Virus record (IMG/VR): IMGVR_UViG_3300028888_000121
Location: 8,313-72,312 of that record
DNA length: 64,000 nt
Strand: one strand, 5' to 3'
From: a virus
How positions within the stretch are numbered: position 1 is the first letter of the stretch; each line of letters opens with the position of its first letter. Shown piece after piece: positions 20,001 through 29,700 of the stretch. A program made the translations under genes and the position numbers. Below the pieces are notes generated by a model, which was given only the letters and a program-made list of their open reading frames with translations, did not search any database and had not been told where the DNA came from.

Positions 20001-23000
20001 CGGTTCTGATGACTGCGACGTTTACATCTACCGCATGAAGTCCTACAGTTCCGCCCTGACCGACAGCAATATCCTGTCCAACTTCATTGCGGACGCAAGA
20101 GACTCCGAGACCATGATCAGCCGGTATGAACGCAATCAGATCTACAACGAAAACAATGCGCTCACACCGGAATCCGTTGCTGCGGCGTGCCCGGACCTGA
20201 AAATCATCAAGATTTCCTGCCCGCATTTCACGAACGACAAGAAAGACTATGTCAGAGACACAACGGTACAGTGCCTCCACATGAACGGCGATCAGGTCCT
20301 TGACAACTGGACCATGAGGTATATGTATCACGCCGGACAGGGAACAACCTCCAACCGTTACGGTCTTGCCGGACGCAACATCGATATCATCGGCGGTTTT
20401 GACGGAGAAAGTCAAGTGGTAAGCAAAATTCCATTTGACAGCACCTATATCACGGAGCTTACGCTTGGCGATGGCAGCAAATACTATGGGCAGGACGCGA
20501 AAGTCGCTCTGACCCGGACCTCGGAACCGAATACATGGTTTAACATCAAGGTCAACATCGCTTCCTCCGAAAACGCGAACAACGCGCTTCTGCAGAAGAG
20601 ATATAACCAATACATCCCGTACAAGACCCCAGCGCAGAGAAGAAACTCCAAGCTGAAAAACAGCATGGAATTTGTGAACTGCGTCATCTTCCTTCAGGAA
20701 AACGATCCAGACGTCACCACTCACAGAGAATTCGATGATACCAACTGGCATTTCTATGCGCTCGGCAACATCGGCGACTCCAAGAAAACGGACTTTACCC
20801 GCGTCAATGATCCCACGGACCAGAATGAGTTTGTAGTTGAAGTATCGGACAACACCCTGCCGAACAGCACCTTCGATACCGGATACTACAACGCGGACGG
20901 AAGCATTCGGTACCCGATCTCCATGGCCGAATGGACCGCGACCAATGGATATTCCGAAGTCACGGACTCCACGCTTCTGAATATCAAGAATCTGGGCCTC
21001 CTCTACGAGAGAAGCGGAAACACCTACAGAAAAACCACTGACACCAGCATCGACTCCGGAAAGACCTATTACATGGTCAATTACGTAAGTCCGAAGTATC
21101 GGTCCCTCTATATTGACGAGTACCGTTATAACGTGGACAAGAACGAGTACGACCAGATCAGCGGTTGGGACGCCTCCTTCGAGTTCCGTTATGACGCGTC
21201 CGGTACGAAAGACGGAGAGTCAATGTCCGGCAGCGAAGTCAAAGCACTTCAGACCAGACTCAAACAGGTCTTCCGGAATATGTACGAGTTTGTCATCACG
21301 TCCAGTGATACAGATTTCGTGACGCATTTTGGAGACTGGTTTATCACCGAATCACCGCTGTACTGGTACCTGTTCACAGAACGGTACACGATGATTGATA
21401 ACCGTGCAAAGAACTCCTTCTGGCACTGGGGCAAAACGTATATCACCACGGCAGAAGCTGCGGAGCTCGGTGACGCAAACATCAATGCGGACGGAAACCA
21501 AATCTATATTGTGGATGATGCGGCAGCGGCGATCAATGACGGCTACCGTTTCGACCTGTGGGACTACGACAACGACACCGGCCTCGGTATCGACAACAAC
21601 GGCGAACTGAATATGACCTACGGTCATGAAGACATCGACTACAAGGTAGACGGCGACCCGTCCTCCGGCTGGATCTTCAACGCTGCGGACAGCGTCTTCT
21701 GGCGCAGAATTCGCGGACTGATGGGATCTCAGCTCAGAACGATGTATCAGAGCCGTGAAAGCTTGAACTGCTGGTCCGCAACCTCCCTGATCAACGAGTT
21801 CGACGCATGGCAGGAGCAGTTCCCGGAAGAGCTCTGGCGTCTGGACGTTGAGAGAAAGTATCTGAGACCGTACTATGTCGGCAACCCTGTTGCAGGCATG
21901 GGAGCGACCGCAGACTTCCTCCAGAACATGATGAACGGACGCAAGCGTTATCAGCGCCGTCAGTTTGAACGCGACCAGGAAATCTACATCGGCACCAAAT
22001 ACTTCGGCATGAATCAGTGCGCAGACTCACAGGCAATCTCCTTCCGCTGCAACACGCCTCAGAGTGCTGTGGTTAAGCCGGATTACACCATCAGGATTGT
22101 ACCGTACTCCGACATGTATCTGTCCGTGGCTTATGGTAACTCTTCGCCTCAGACGGTACGTGCCAAAGCCGGTGTGGAGTACACCTTCACCACCACGCTT
22201 ACCACGATGGACGATACGCAGATCCTTATCTACTGCGCTGAAAACATCATGGCCCTGAATGACCTTTCGGCCTGCTATATCAGAGCAAACAACTTCTCGC
22301 AGGCCAAGAGGATGAAGACTCTTGTGATCGGCAGCAACACTCCCGGATACGCCAACAACTTCATCACGGCGCTGCAAATTTCTGGCGGCAACGCTCAGGA
22401 TACGCAGACCCTTGCTCTGGAAACGCTGGATATCCGCAACTGCCCGAACCTCACCGGATCTGTGAACTTCTCCAACTGCCCGGACCTCAAAACGCTTCTG
22501 GCAGAAGGAACGTCCTTGTCCGGCGTCACCTTCGCAACGAACGGCAAGATTCAGACCGCACATCTCCCAAGTACAATCGCCGGTCTGACTCTGAGAAACC
22601 TGAATTACCTGACCGACCTTGAACTGGCAGGGTACGACAACCTCGTTACTCTTGTAAGTGAATACTGTGCTATGGACCCGCTTTCCATCGTATATGCGGC
22701 CCAGAACTCACTCCAGATTCTCCGAGTGCTCGGAATCAACTGGCAGTCCTACAACACAGATCTGCTGAATAAGATTTACGCAATGAGCACGTCGGTACTG
22801 AGCGGTACATGGGAAGTCACAGGGTATATTCGTCAGTCTGAAATTGATCGGTTCGGCACCAAGTGGACCGACCTCGACCTGATCTACAACGAAGACAACA
22901 TCATCCCTCAGCAGATTGTAACGTATCGGAACTGGGACGGCACCGAACTGGCAAGGACCCTCGTAGACACCGGCTCCAACCCGCCCAACCCGATTGACGC

Positions 23001-24945
23001 GGGAATCATCACGGAAATCCCCACAAGAGAACCGGACGCCCAGTATGTTTACACATACAGCGGATGGGACGGACTGGACCAGATCGTTTACAGCAGCACG
23101 GACGTCACTGCCGCATTCAGCACGGAGCTTCGTGAATACGAGGTTTCGTGGTATATCCACGTCGGTGACCTTCCTCTCCTGACAAAGAAGGTCACTTACG
23201 GAGACGAGGCAATCTATGACGGCGAGACGCCCACGGATAACACGGCAGAAACCGTCAGCCACACATACCGCGTCTTTAGAGACTGGGACAAGAGTACCGG
23301 CTGCGTCACAGGCAATCTGTCCGTTTATGCGCAGTTCGATGAAGCAACGATTCCTCCGGTTGGAAAAGAGCTTGCGGACATGACAGACGCGGAGAGATAC
23401 GCAATTCGCAGAAACGGTCTGGCGAGTTCGAGGTATACGGTTGGAGACTACTTCAATGTCGTGCAGGGCTATGATCCGGAATTTATAGACCCGAATCCTT
23501 ACGCAGACGGATCATATCACCCGGGGTACGTGAAGCAGCAGATGCTTCTTGAAAACCGGTGGTTTGACGGAACGGACTACTACGACACCGGCATTAAGCT
23601 GTTCGATGCGAATTCCCCGTCCTTCACGCTCGCGATTGACTACGAATTCGTACTGGGCAACATTGCCGGGGCAACCTTGGCGTCCTGCGTCGACACGAAT
23701 ACGAACGTCGGGTTCATGCTCAATTTCAGCCTGAATACATCCACAAGAACAAGCTCCTTCTCAAGAATCACGTGGGGCAGCAACACACATCAGAGATGCG
23801 GCTTCTGCGGGCAGAGAAACATTATTGTTCTCAGATATACCAAAGGCTCCAATAACCTGATGGTTTATTCCTTCAACGGCACGTCAAGCTCTTCGTATAA
23901 TATCTACGACACGGATACCGCAAGGAACCTGATTGTCGGCCCCAAAGCAGCGACCCATTCACAGAGCTTGGTATTCGGCGGAGTTGTTTACAACGAGGCT
24001 GGGTACATCACAGGAAACCTCGCAAAAGGCTGGATACACTACGCAAAAGTCTGGTACGGCGATCTTGGCGACGATGTGTGCAAGCAGATTGTCAACTGGC
24101 CGCACGAGACCATGAAATGCGTGTATGTCGGAAGCAACCGTCAGTTTGTCGCCGGAAGCAATATCACCAGAGCAGACGCACAGTTCGTGTTTGCATCCGC
24201 GATGCCCTACATGAAAGCATTCAGCAACACGTCGGCCACATCGGAGTCGTGGGAAACGGCGACACTTCGCCAATTCATCCATGACAGAATCGTGAAGTCG
24301 CTTCCGAAGACGCTGCAAAGTGCCCTGCAAAAGGTCCGGATTGTAACGAAGGCAGGCAGCTACACCAACCTTCAGGTCAATACGGACGACTACATGTATC
24401 TTCTGTCTATCCGTGAAGTCTATGGAGATATAGGAAGCGGATACTTTGACCCCGAACAGGAAGCCGGGTATCTCTCTTATTACTCTTCCGATTTCGCGAA
24501 AGCGCAGGTCTATCTCCCAGGAGCGCAGCTTGAAACAAGACAGAGCAATGTTCCCGGAAGAAGAATCTTCTCACAAAGCACAGACCCGACGAGAAGCGGC
24601 GAGCAGGTCAAAGAAGGCGATATCTGGATTGACACTTCTTATTCCTACTATTATGTTTATTACTTTGTGTCTCAGGACACGGTGAATAAGCATAGTATGC
24701 TTGGCGGCAGAGTGATCAACAACGGCACGTCTACGACCCAGAGCTATTGCAGAATCCCGTATGACAGCAACGGCTCTCCCGGACTGTGGGTGCAAGGGTA
24801 CGAATACTGGATGACCAGATCTCCGTACTACTACAACGGCAGCTCCAACTATGACGCCTATCGGTACTACAGGTATCGCATGAACAGCACGACCTACGTG
24901 AGCGGGACAACAAGTGAACCGTTTGTTGTCGGCTTCTCAATCTAA
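17077..24945 (+). CDS. giant tail fibre / host-recognition protein, 2622 aa, with internal duplications and an LRR-like segment
   Basis: Single uninterrupted ORF with GAGGTGA RBS. The N-terminal ~420 aa repeats a D-T-x-[YF]-P-[ST]-x-K-[LA]-V-[KY] motif four times. That region also carries duplicated VNYV-G-LLY-KI-G and YLHYRW-D-FYA-G-DAYS modules. An LRR-like run (CPNLTGSVNFSNCPDLKTLLAEGTSLSGVTF..., nt ~22440-22680) lies in the second half. Confidence 0.75.
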   Translation: MANRPIEHVYVNDTTYDVKDIYAERSENKASAFSAVPGDTKFPTEKLVKDNLDLKENAANKITTFAGIVPNDTQYPSAKLVKDTIDQVVTDLGGSIDGIDFTPYERHANRVSVFQATPDDTHYPSEKLVKDNLDALSTGVSNVRTVVVSALPAIADASETVNYVLYTSGLALLYKKIEGAWVLISGSKAYVGDNLPSTGDIFTEYYIPNPTGDNYLHYRWADPIAADPEHGTEAVPGRFYAIGSDAYSKAEVDEILADYEVLSNKVTSITSASTDTQYPSAKAVYTSLQSLQSALEGKVEDSTQVVSSVPSAASADENVNYVVKQGTGALLYRKIDGVMKMIGGAMVKVVSALPEDGNGDPDGDEFTDYYVATTDPKIYLHYRWSDTLGDFYAVGADAYSRTQIDNKLSEITTNHSTDISGINDAVNGLGRAIESANADIDELRGDINEYSMSLVQNGDVYLIEMYENEDTENPVSTITLPHGTGGGGGTSGTTIMTVERITPTPLSVIPTDTIVLQVNYSSVDSDNETVDGSYVLKMGNAVVMTGAMVQGLNSFNVTNFCTVGSQKFTLTVTDDGGSMNTKSWTVQVVDVRIESAFSDRYTNATGKAVNVTYTPYGSVPKVVHFKLDGGDLPSVTTSASGILQSYSVPAQSHGAHLLEFWMTATVNGENLETDHIFKDIIWYDEASDDPVIGCIYRYDHYGLANVKQYNTFNIPYVVYDPRTSNPTVELRVDGNLVSELHLSTASNTWSYKSDVVATHILTITCRTTTVTLRVNVQELGYDIQPVTANLDFDFNPVGITNASSNRLWTDANNPDVKLTVSDNFDWNNGGYQVDSDGNQYFCVRSGTRAYISHHLFGTDPKQNGEEFKIIFKVSSVRDKDATFLTCLTGAANDKVGFKMQAHEATIYTSTGSLVTNYCEDDIIEFEYNINSIDLETDGATSFIMTYEDGVAARPLLYSNAEDFLLYQLNPVNITIGSDDCDVYIYRMKSYSSALTDSNILSNFIADARDSETMISRYERNQIYNENNALTPESVAAACPDLKIIKISCPHFTNDKKDYVRDTTVQCLHMNGDQVLDNWTMRYMYHAGQGTTSNRYGLAGRNIDIIGGFDGESQVVSKIPFDSTYITELTLGDGSKYYGQDAKVALTRTSEPNTWFNIKVNIASSENANNALLQKRYNQYIPYKTPAQRRNSKLKNSMEFVNCVIFLQENDPDVTTHREFDDTNWHFYALGNIGDSKKTDFTRVNDPTDQNEFVVEVSDNTLPNSTFDTGYYNADGSIRYPISMAEWTATNGYSEVTDSTLLNIKNLGLLYERSGNTYRKTTDTSIDSGKTYYMVNYVSPKYRSLYIDEYRYNVDKNEYDQISGWDASFEFRYDASGTKDGESMSGSEVKALQTRLKQVFRNMYEFVITSSDTDFVTHFGDWFITESPLYWYLFTERYTMIDNRAKNSFWHWGKTYITTAEAAELGDANINADGNQIYIVDDAAAAINDGYRFDLWDYDNDTGLGIDNNGELNMTYGHEDIDYKVDGDPSSGWIFNAADSVFWRRIRGLMGSQLRTMYQSRESLNCWSATSLINEFDAWQEQFPEELWRLDVERKYLRPYYVGNPVAGMGATADFLQNMMNGRKRYQRRQFERDQEIYIGTKYFGMNQCADSQAISFRCNTPQSAVVKPDYTIRIVPYSDMYLSVAYGNSSPQTVRAKAGVEYTFTTTLTTMDDTQILIYCAENIMALNDLSACYIRANNFSQAKRMKTLVIGSNTPGYANNFITALQISGGNAQDTQTLALETLDIRNCPNLTGSVNFSNCPDLKTLLAEGTSLSGVTFATNGKIQTAHLPSTIAGLTLRNLNYLTDLELAGYDNLVTLVSEYCAMDPLSIVYAAQNSLQILRVLGINWQSYNTDLLNKIYAMSTSVLSGTWEVTGYIRQSEIDRFGTKWTDLDLIYNEDNIIPQQIVTYRNWDGTELARTLVDTGSNPPNPIDAGIITEIPTREPDAQYVYTYSGWDGLDQIVYSSTDVTAAFSTELREYEVSWYIHVGDLPLLTKKVTYGDEAIYDGETPTDNTAETVSHTYRVFRDWDKSTGCVTGNLSVYAQFDEATIPPVGKELADMTDAERYAIRRNGLASSRYTVGDYFNVVQGYDPEFIDPNPYADGSYHPGYVKQQMLLENRWFDGTDYYDTGIKLFDANSPSFTLAIDYEFVLGNIAGATLASCVDTNTNVGFMLNFSLNTSTRTSSFSRITWGSNTHQRCGFCGQRNIIVLRYTKGSNNLMVYSFNGTSSSSYNIYDTDTARNLIVGPKAATHSQSLVFGGVVYNEAGYITGNLAKGWIHYAKVWYGDLGDDVCKQIVNWPHETMKCVYVGSNRQFVAGSNITRADAQFVFASAMPYMKAFSNTSATSESWETATLRQFIHDRIVKSLPKTLQSALQKVRIVTKAGSYTNLQVNTDDYMYLLSIREVYGDIGSGYFDPEQEAGYLSYYSSDFAKAQVYLPGAQLETRQSNVPGRRIFSQSTDPTRSGEQVKEGDIWIDTSYSYYYVYYFVSQDTVNKHSMLGGRVINNGTSTTQSYCRIPYDSNGSPGLWVQGYEYWMTRSPYYYNGSSNYDAYRYYRYRMNSTTYVSGTTSEPFVVGFSI

Positions 24946-25005
24946 ACGGCACAAGGGCGGGCACCGACAAGGTGTCCGCCTTACTCTAAACGGAGGTAAA
25001 AACAA

Positions 25006-25749
25006 ATGACTTACTACAAGGTCCTGACCGAAGACGGCTTTATAGGAGTCGGAACAACAGAAAACCTCGTAAAATACCAGAAAAAGCACAATACGACCAT
25101 CGGGTGTCCGGCAGAAGAGGCGGAGTGCATCATGATTGGTGGTACCCTGTACCATGACCGGTGGATGCTCCCGTTCAACACCACGGAATATGAATATTCC
25201 AATGCAGACGTTCAGGTGATTGAAAAGGACGAATATGATGCTTTGCTTTCCGCGATGGAGAACGGCGAGGAGATCAAGACTGTGGAAGAGCCGCAGGAAG
25301 TCACAGAAGAACCGGACGAAGCCAAGACAGAAGATGTGACGGTTGACTACGTCCGGTCTGTCAAGCTCAAAGAGCTTGGGTTTGCCTGCAATAAGGCAAT
25401 CACGACCGGTTTTGATATCGAACTCTCGGACGGTGAGCAGCATCACTTCTCTCTGACCTTGCAGGATCAGCAGAACTTGAACGAGATTCAAGCAAAAATC
25501 CTGATGGGCGATACAGTCCTGTATTATCATGCGGACGGCGAAGAATTGAAACAGTTTTCAGAACAGGACATGCTTGCCGTCATCGGTGCCGGAAGCCAGC
25601 ACAAGCTCAGGCACCTTACCTATCACAACTGCCTGAAGGCTTGGGTGAAGTCCCTGACGAGGATTAAGAACATCCAAGCGATTGAATACGGCAGTGAGAT
25701 CCCGAAGAAATATCAGTCGGCCTTGTACAAGAACTTGTACGCTGGCTGA
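25006..25749 (+). CDS. hypothetical protein
   Basis: 247-aa ORF with GGAGGT RBS. Confidence 0.45.
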   Translation: MTYYKVLTEDGFIGVGTTENLVKYQKKHNTTIGCPAEEAECIMIGGTLYHDRWMLPFNTTEYEYSNADVQVIEKDEYDALLSAMENGEEIKTVEEPQEVTEEPDEAKTEDVTVDYVRSVKLKELGFACNKAITTGFDIELSDGEQHHFSLTLQDQQNLNEIQAKILMGDTVLYYHADGEELKQFSEQDMLAVIGAGSQHKLRHLTYHNCLKAWVKSLTRIKNIQAIEYGSEIPKKYQSALYKNLYAG

Positions 25750-25796
25750 TTTTTTATTATGAGCACGAAAAGTAACTCGGAAGGAGGTAGAGGAGA

Positions 25797-26798
25797 TTGT
25801 CTGTAGCAAGTAACGTCACGATCGTCACATTCAAACCGGGCAAAAGACACGCGATTGTAGATCCTCCGCTTTGGCAATACGACGTGGGGCAGATTTTGAA
25901 GTTCGGAGACCTTGACCTTCCTTCTGTGTATGAAGTCCAGTTCTCCAACGAACCGTTCAAAGGGAAAGCCAAGCCTCAGATTGGCGGACCGGACGGGGTG
26001 GAGATCCCGAACGAGTATTTTCTGTCCGGCGCTTCGATCCACGCATGGCTGTATCTTCATGTTGGAGCGAATGACGGTGCGGTTGAATACCATGTCGAAA
26101 TCCCGATCAACCGCAAGTCCGAACGCGTCGAAGAGGAATTTACGCCTGTCCAGAGAGACTTTGCGGAACAGACCCTTGCAGCACTCACACAAGTTTCGGC
26201 GGAGGTTACGACCGCGAGAGATGAAACCATCGAGGCCGCAGAAAGTATCCTTGGTGCAGAAGAAAGGGTTGCCGCCCATGCGGATCAGGTAGCCGCAAAC
26301 GCCCAAGCGGCGGCTGAGTCGGAGGTCAATGCGAAAGCCTCGGAAGACGCGGCGAAACTGTCTGAGGACAACGCCAAAGTATCTGAGGACAACGCGAAAG
26401 AGTCCGAAACCAAAGCCAAGGAATACGCGGATGCAGCCAAGGTCTCTGAGGACAACGCGAAAGAGTCGGAAGACAATGCAAAGCTGTCCGAAACGAACGC
26501 GAAGTCTTCTGAGGAAGCCGCGCAGCAGTCACAAGAGACTGCTGCAACCTCGGAATTTCACGCTGTAGCCGCGAGAAATGCGTCAGAAGAAGCGAGAGAC
26601 GCTGCCTATGATGCAAGGGACCAAGCGGCGGACTATGCTGAGGCGGCGCGGCAAGTAGCGACAGAGATGGGATTTGTCAACTTCTACATTGATGAGAACG
26701 GCGACCTGATCATGCTGAAAACCATCAATGTTACGGATATCAACTTTACTCTTGAGGAAGGAGATCTGATTTTTCATGCCTACTATCGAGGAACATGA
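25797..26798 (+). CDS. tail-fibre-associated protein with 8-aa (S-E-D-N-A-K-x-x) tandem repeats
   Basis: TTG start after GGAGGTAGAGGAG. The nt ~26332-26520 region holds about seven imperfect 24-nt repeats encoding (A/V)SEDNAK(E/L). The ORF overlaps the DGR target gene start. Confidence 0.45.
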   Translation: MSVASNVTIVTFKPGKRHAIVDPPLWQYDVGQILKFGDLDLPSVYEVQFSNEPFKGKAKPQIGGPDGVEIPNEYFLSGASIHAWLYLHVGANDGAVEYHVEIPINRKSERVEEEFTPVQRDFAEQTLAALTQVSAEVTTARDETIEAAESILGAEERVAAHADQVAANAQAAAESEVNAKASEDAAKLSEDNAKVSEDNAKESETKAKEYADAAKVSEDNAKESEDNAKLSETNAKSSEEAAQQSQETAATSEFHAVAARNASEEARDAAYDARDQAADYAEAARQVATEMGFVNFYIDENGDLIMLKTINVTDINFTLEEGDLIFHAYYRGT

Positions 26799-29700
26799 CG
26801 GTCTCGTCGATGTAAAAACCAATCTCGGTCATGTCAGCGCCTACGCCATTGCCAAAGCTCACGGTTTTGAGGGGACTGAGGCAGAATGGGAGGCTATGAT
26901 TGCAAACGCCGGTACCTACGGACAGCAGGCTATGGCTTCTCAGGCAGCAGCCGAAACGGCGAAAAATGCAGCAGAAACCGCGCAGGCTGCTGCGGAAGCT
27001 GCGCAGGCGGCAGCGGAAGACGCAAGGGACCGGACCGGCGAAGAACTTGCAAACAAGGTTGACGTTGTCGCCGGTAAAGGACTCAGCAGCAACGACTATA
27101 CCGATGCCGAAAAAGAAAAGCTGGCCGCGATTGAGGAAGGCGCGAACAAGAACGTCACCGTCGACTGGAACGCGACCTACGGCGACGCCTTCATCCGAAA
27201 CAAACCGAGAAATCTGGTCCAAGACGAGAATTACGTCCACACAGACAACAACCTGACGGATGCGCTGCTGGAGAAACTGGAAAACATCGAGGCCGGTGGT
27301 CAGGTGAACGTGCAGGGGGACTGGACCGAGACTGACACCGAGTCCGATGCCTTTATCCGGAACAAGCCCGAAAACCTTGTACAGGATGCCAACTACGTAC
27401 ACACAGACGAGAACTTCACCAGCGCACAGAGACAGAAGCTTCAGAACATTGAAGCCGGTGCCGAAGTCAACGTACAGGCGGACTGGACCGCCGTTTCCGG
27501 CGACGCCGCAATTCTGAATAAACCGGAACATCTTGTCCAGGACGCGGATTATGTGCACACGGACAACAACTACACCACGGAAGAAAAAATGAAGCTTGCC
27601 GGGGTGGAGGCTGGCGCGGAAGTCAATGTGCAGGCTGACTGGGCAGAGACGGACAGCACGAGCGATGCGTTCATTAAGAACAAGCCTCTGACCGACGTAG
27701 ATAACGCTCTCAGTGATACGTCCACTGATCCTGTACAGAATAAGGTCGTCAAGGCGGCTCTGGATGAAAAGGTAGATAAGGTTGCCGGGATGCAGCTCTC
27801 TCAGAACAGCTTCACGAACGGTGAGAAAGAGAAGCTTGCGTCCATTGAAACAGGAGCAACAAACGTTACGGTTGACTCCGCAATCTCGCAGAATTCCGAT
27901 AACCCGGTATCGAGTAAGGCTATCTACACAGAGCTTTCCAAGAAGGTTAATTCAAGCGGATCGAAGCAGCTTTCCGATGAGAATTTCACTTCTGAAGAGA
28001 AAACAAAGCTTGCCGGTATCCAGAACGGCGCTACCAACGTAAGCGTTGATGTTGCAATCACTCAGAACTCCAACAATCCGGTCACGAGTGCGGCAATCTA
28101 CGCGGAGCTTGCGAAGAAGGTTGACGCGGACGGCGGTGCTGGGCTCTCAGACAATAATTTCACCGATGCTTATAAAGAAAAGCTTGATGGAATTGCCTCG
28201 GAAGCTACAAAGACGATTGTAGATGCTACGATCACCGAAAATTCCACGAATCCTGTTACCAGCGCGGCAGTATTTGCAGCACTGGCAACGAAAGTGGATG
28301 CGGACGGTGGAGCCGGACTCTCGGATAACAACTTCACAGACGCATACAAGACAAAGCTGGAAGGAATTGAGGCCGGTGCTAACAAGATCACGGTAGATTC
28401 CGCGACTTCCACGACTTCCACCAATCCGGTGCAGAACAAGGTCATAACCGGAGCTGTCAATACCGAAAATACCAGAGCCACAACGGCAGAGAACGATATC
28501 AAGAACAATCTGATTGCCGTTTCCGATACTCAGCCGACCGCTGCAACTACGAAGCTGTGGGTCAATACGAATTCTGATGAAGACACCGTCATGATTCCGA
28601 CTCTGGAAGATGTGGCGGCTTCTTGGTTTGTGGATTCCGATTACAAGGCCAAGATGAAGAAGTACTTTGAATTGAGCGGCTGCAATGCAATGCAGGATCT
28701 TACCTCCATCTGCGATAAGTGGTACAGAGCGACAAGAACCGGATGGACAGGCGGTGTGAGATTTGCGGTCCCTGCTTCCGGCGCGGCAGCGAACTCAGAC
28801 GGTACAAAAACCGGAGACAATGCCGGACTGACCTGCGTTCCGTCTACCACAGAACAGGCGAATACGGACGATTACAAGAACCTTCCACTGTTTGCCTGTG
28901 TTGACTGCAATGTATATCTGGATGATACCGGAAAGCCGCACATTACCGGCATTGATGGCGTCGGCGGCGTGTTCGAGCGGAACAATCCGGAAAAGATTGT
29001 CGGCGTTCTGCAAATGGCTGGATGGGTGCGGTTCGTCAACAACGGCGAGACCTATGGATGGGACTACACCGATGAAGAGAATGCGAGCGGCTTCCATCCG
29101 TTGAGTGAAGCGGTAGAGCTTGCGGACAACTCGGTCCGAAGTTGGGTTGTGCATGGCAAGTACAACTTTGGCGAGAACTGGACCTGCTGTTCCGGCGTCA
29201 AAACAAAGGTTTGGAATGTGTCCCACAACACACAGCTTTCCGGCGTTCGGACCCAGTGGGGAACAAGGTACTGCGGCGCAACGAGCGCGGATGACGCATG
29301 GCTCAAACTGATGCTTTATCTCAAATATGGTCAGCTCGATTCCGACCGTATTCTCCACGGCTGCAATAACTACAACTATGAGTACCAGCCTGCCCTTGCC
29401 GAAACCGGAGTGGAAAGAATCCTTCTCACGACCGCGCAGGCCGCGAACCTGATTGTCGGTTCAACGATTGTCCTTGCAGCATCGAAACGTGCTCAGAGCA
29501 ACGTTCTGGACCGCGTGAGAATCACGGAAATCCGGACAGTCGAAGTAGATGGGGCTTCTTACGGCGCTGTTTATGTGGACAATGGCGGCACCACGTTTGA
29601 TACGACAACGGAAATGTGGCTGTCTACCATGCAGTGGTATACCGGCAGCACGGACGACGTCCTCGGCAATGACGGCGGTATCGATCCCGCCTCGGATAAG

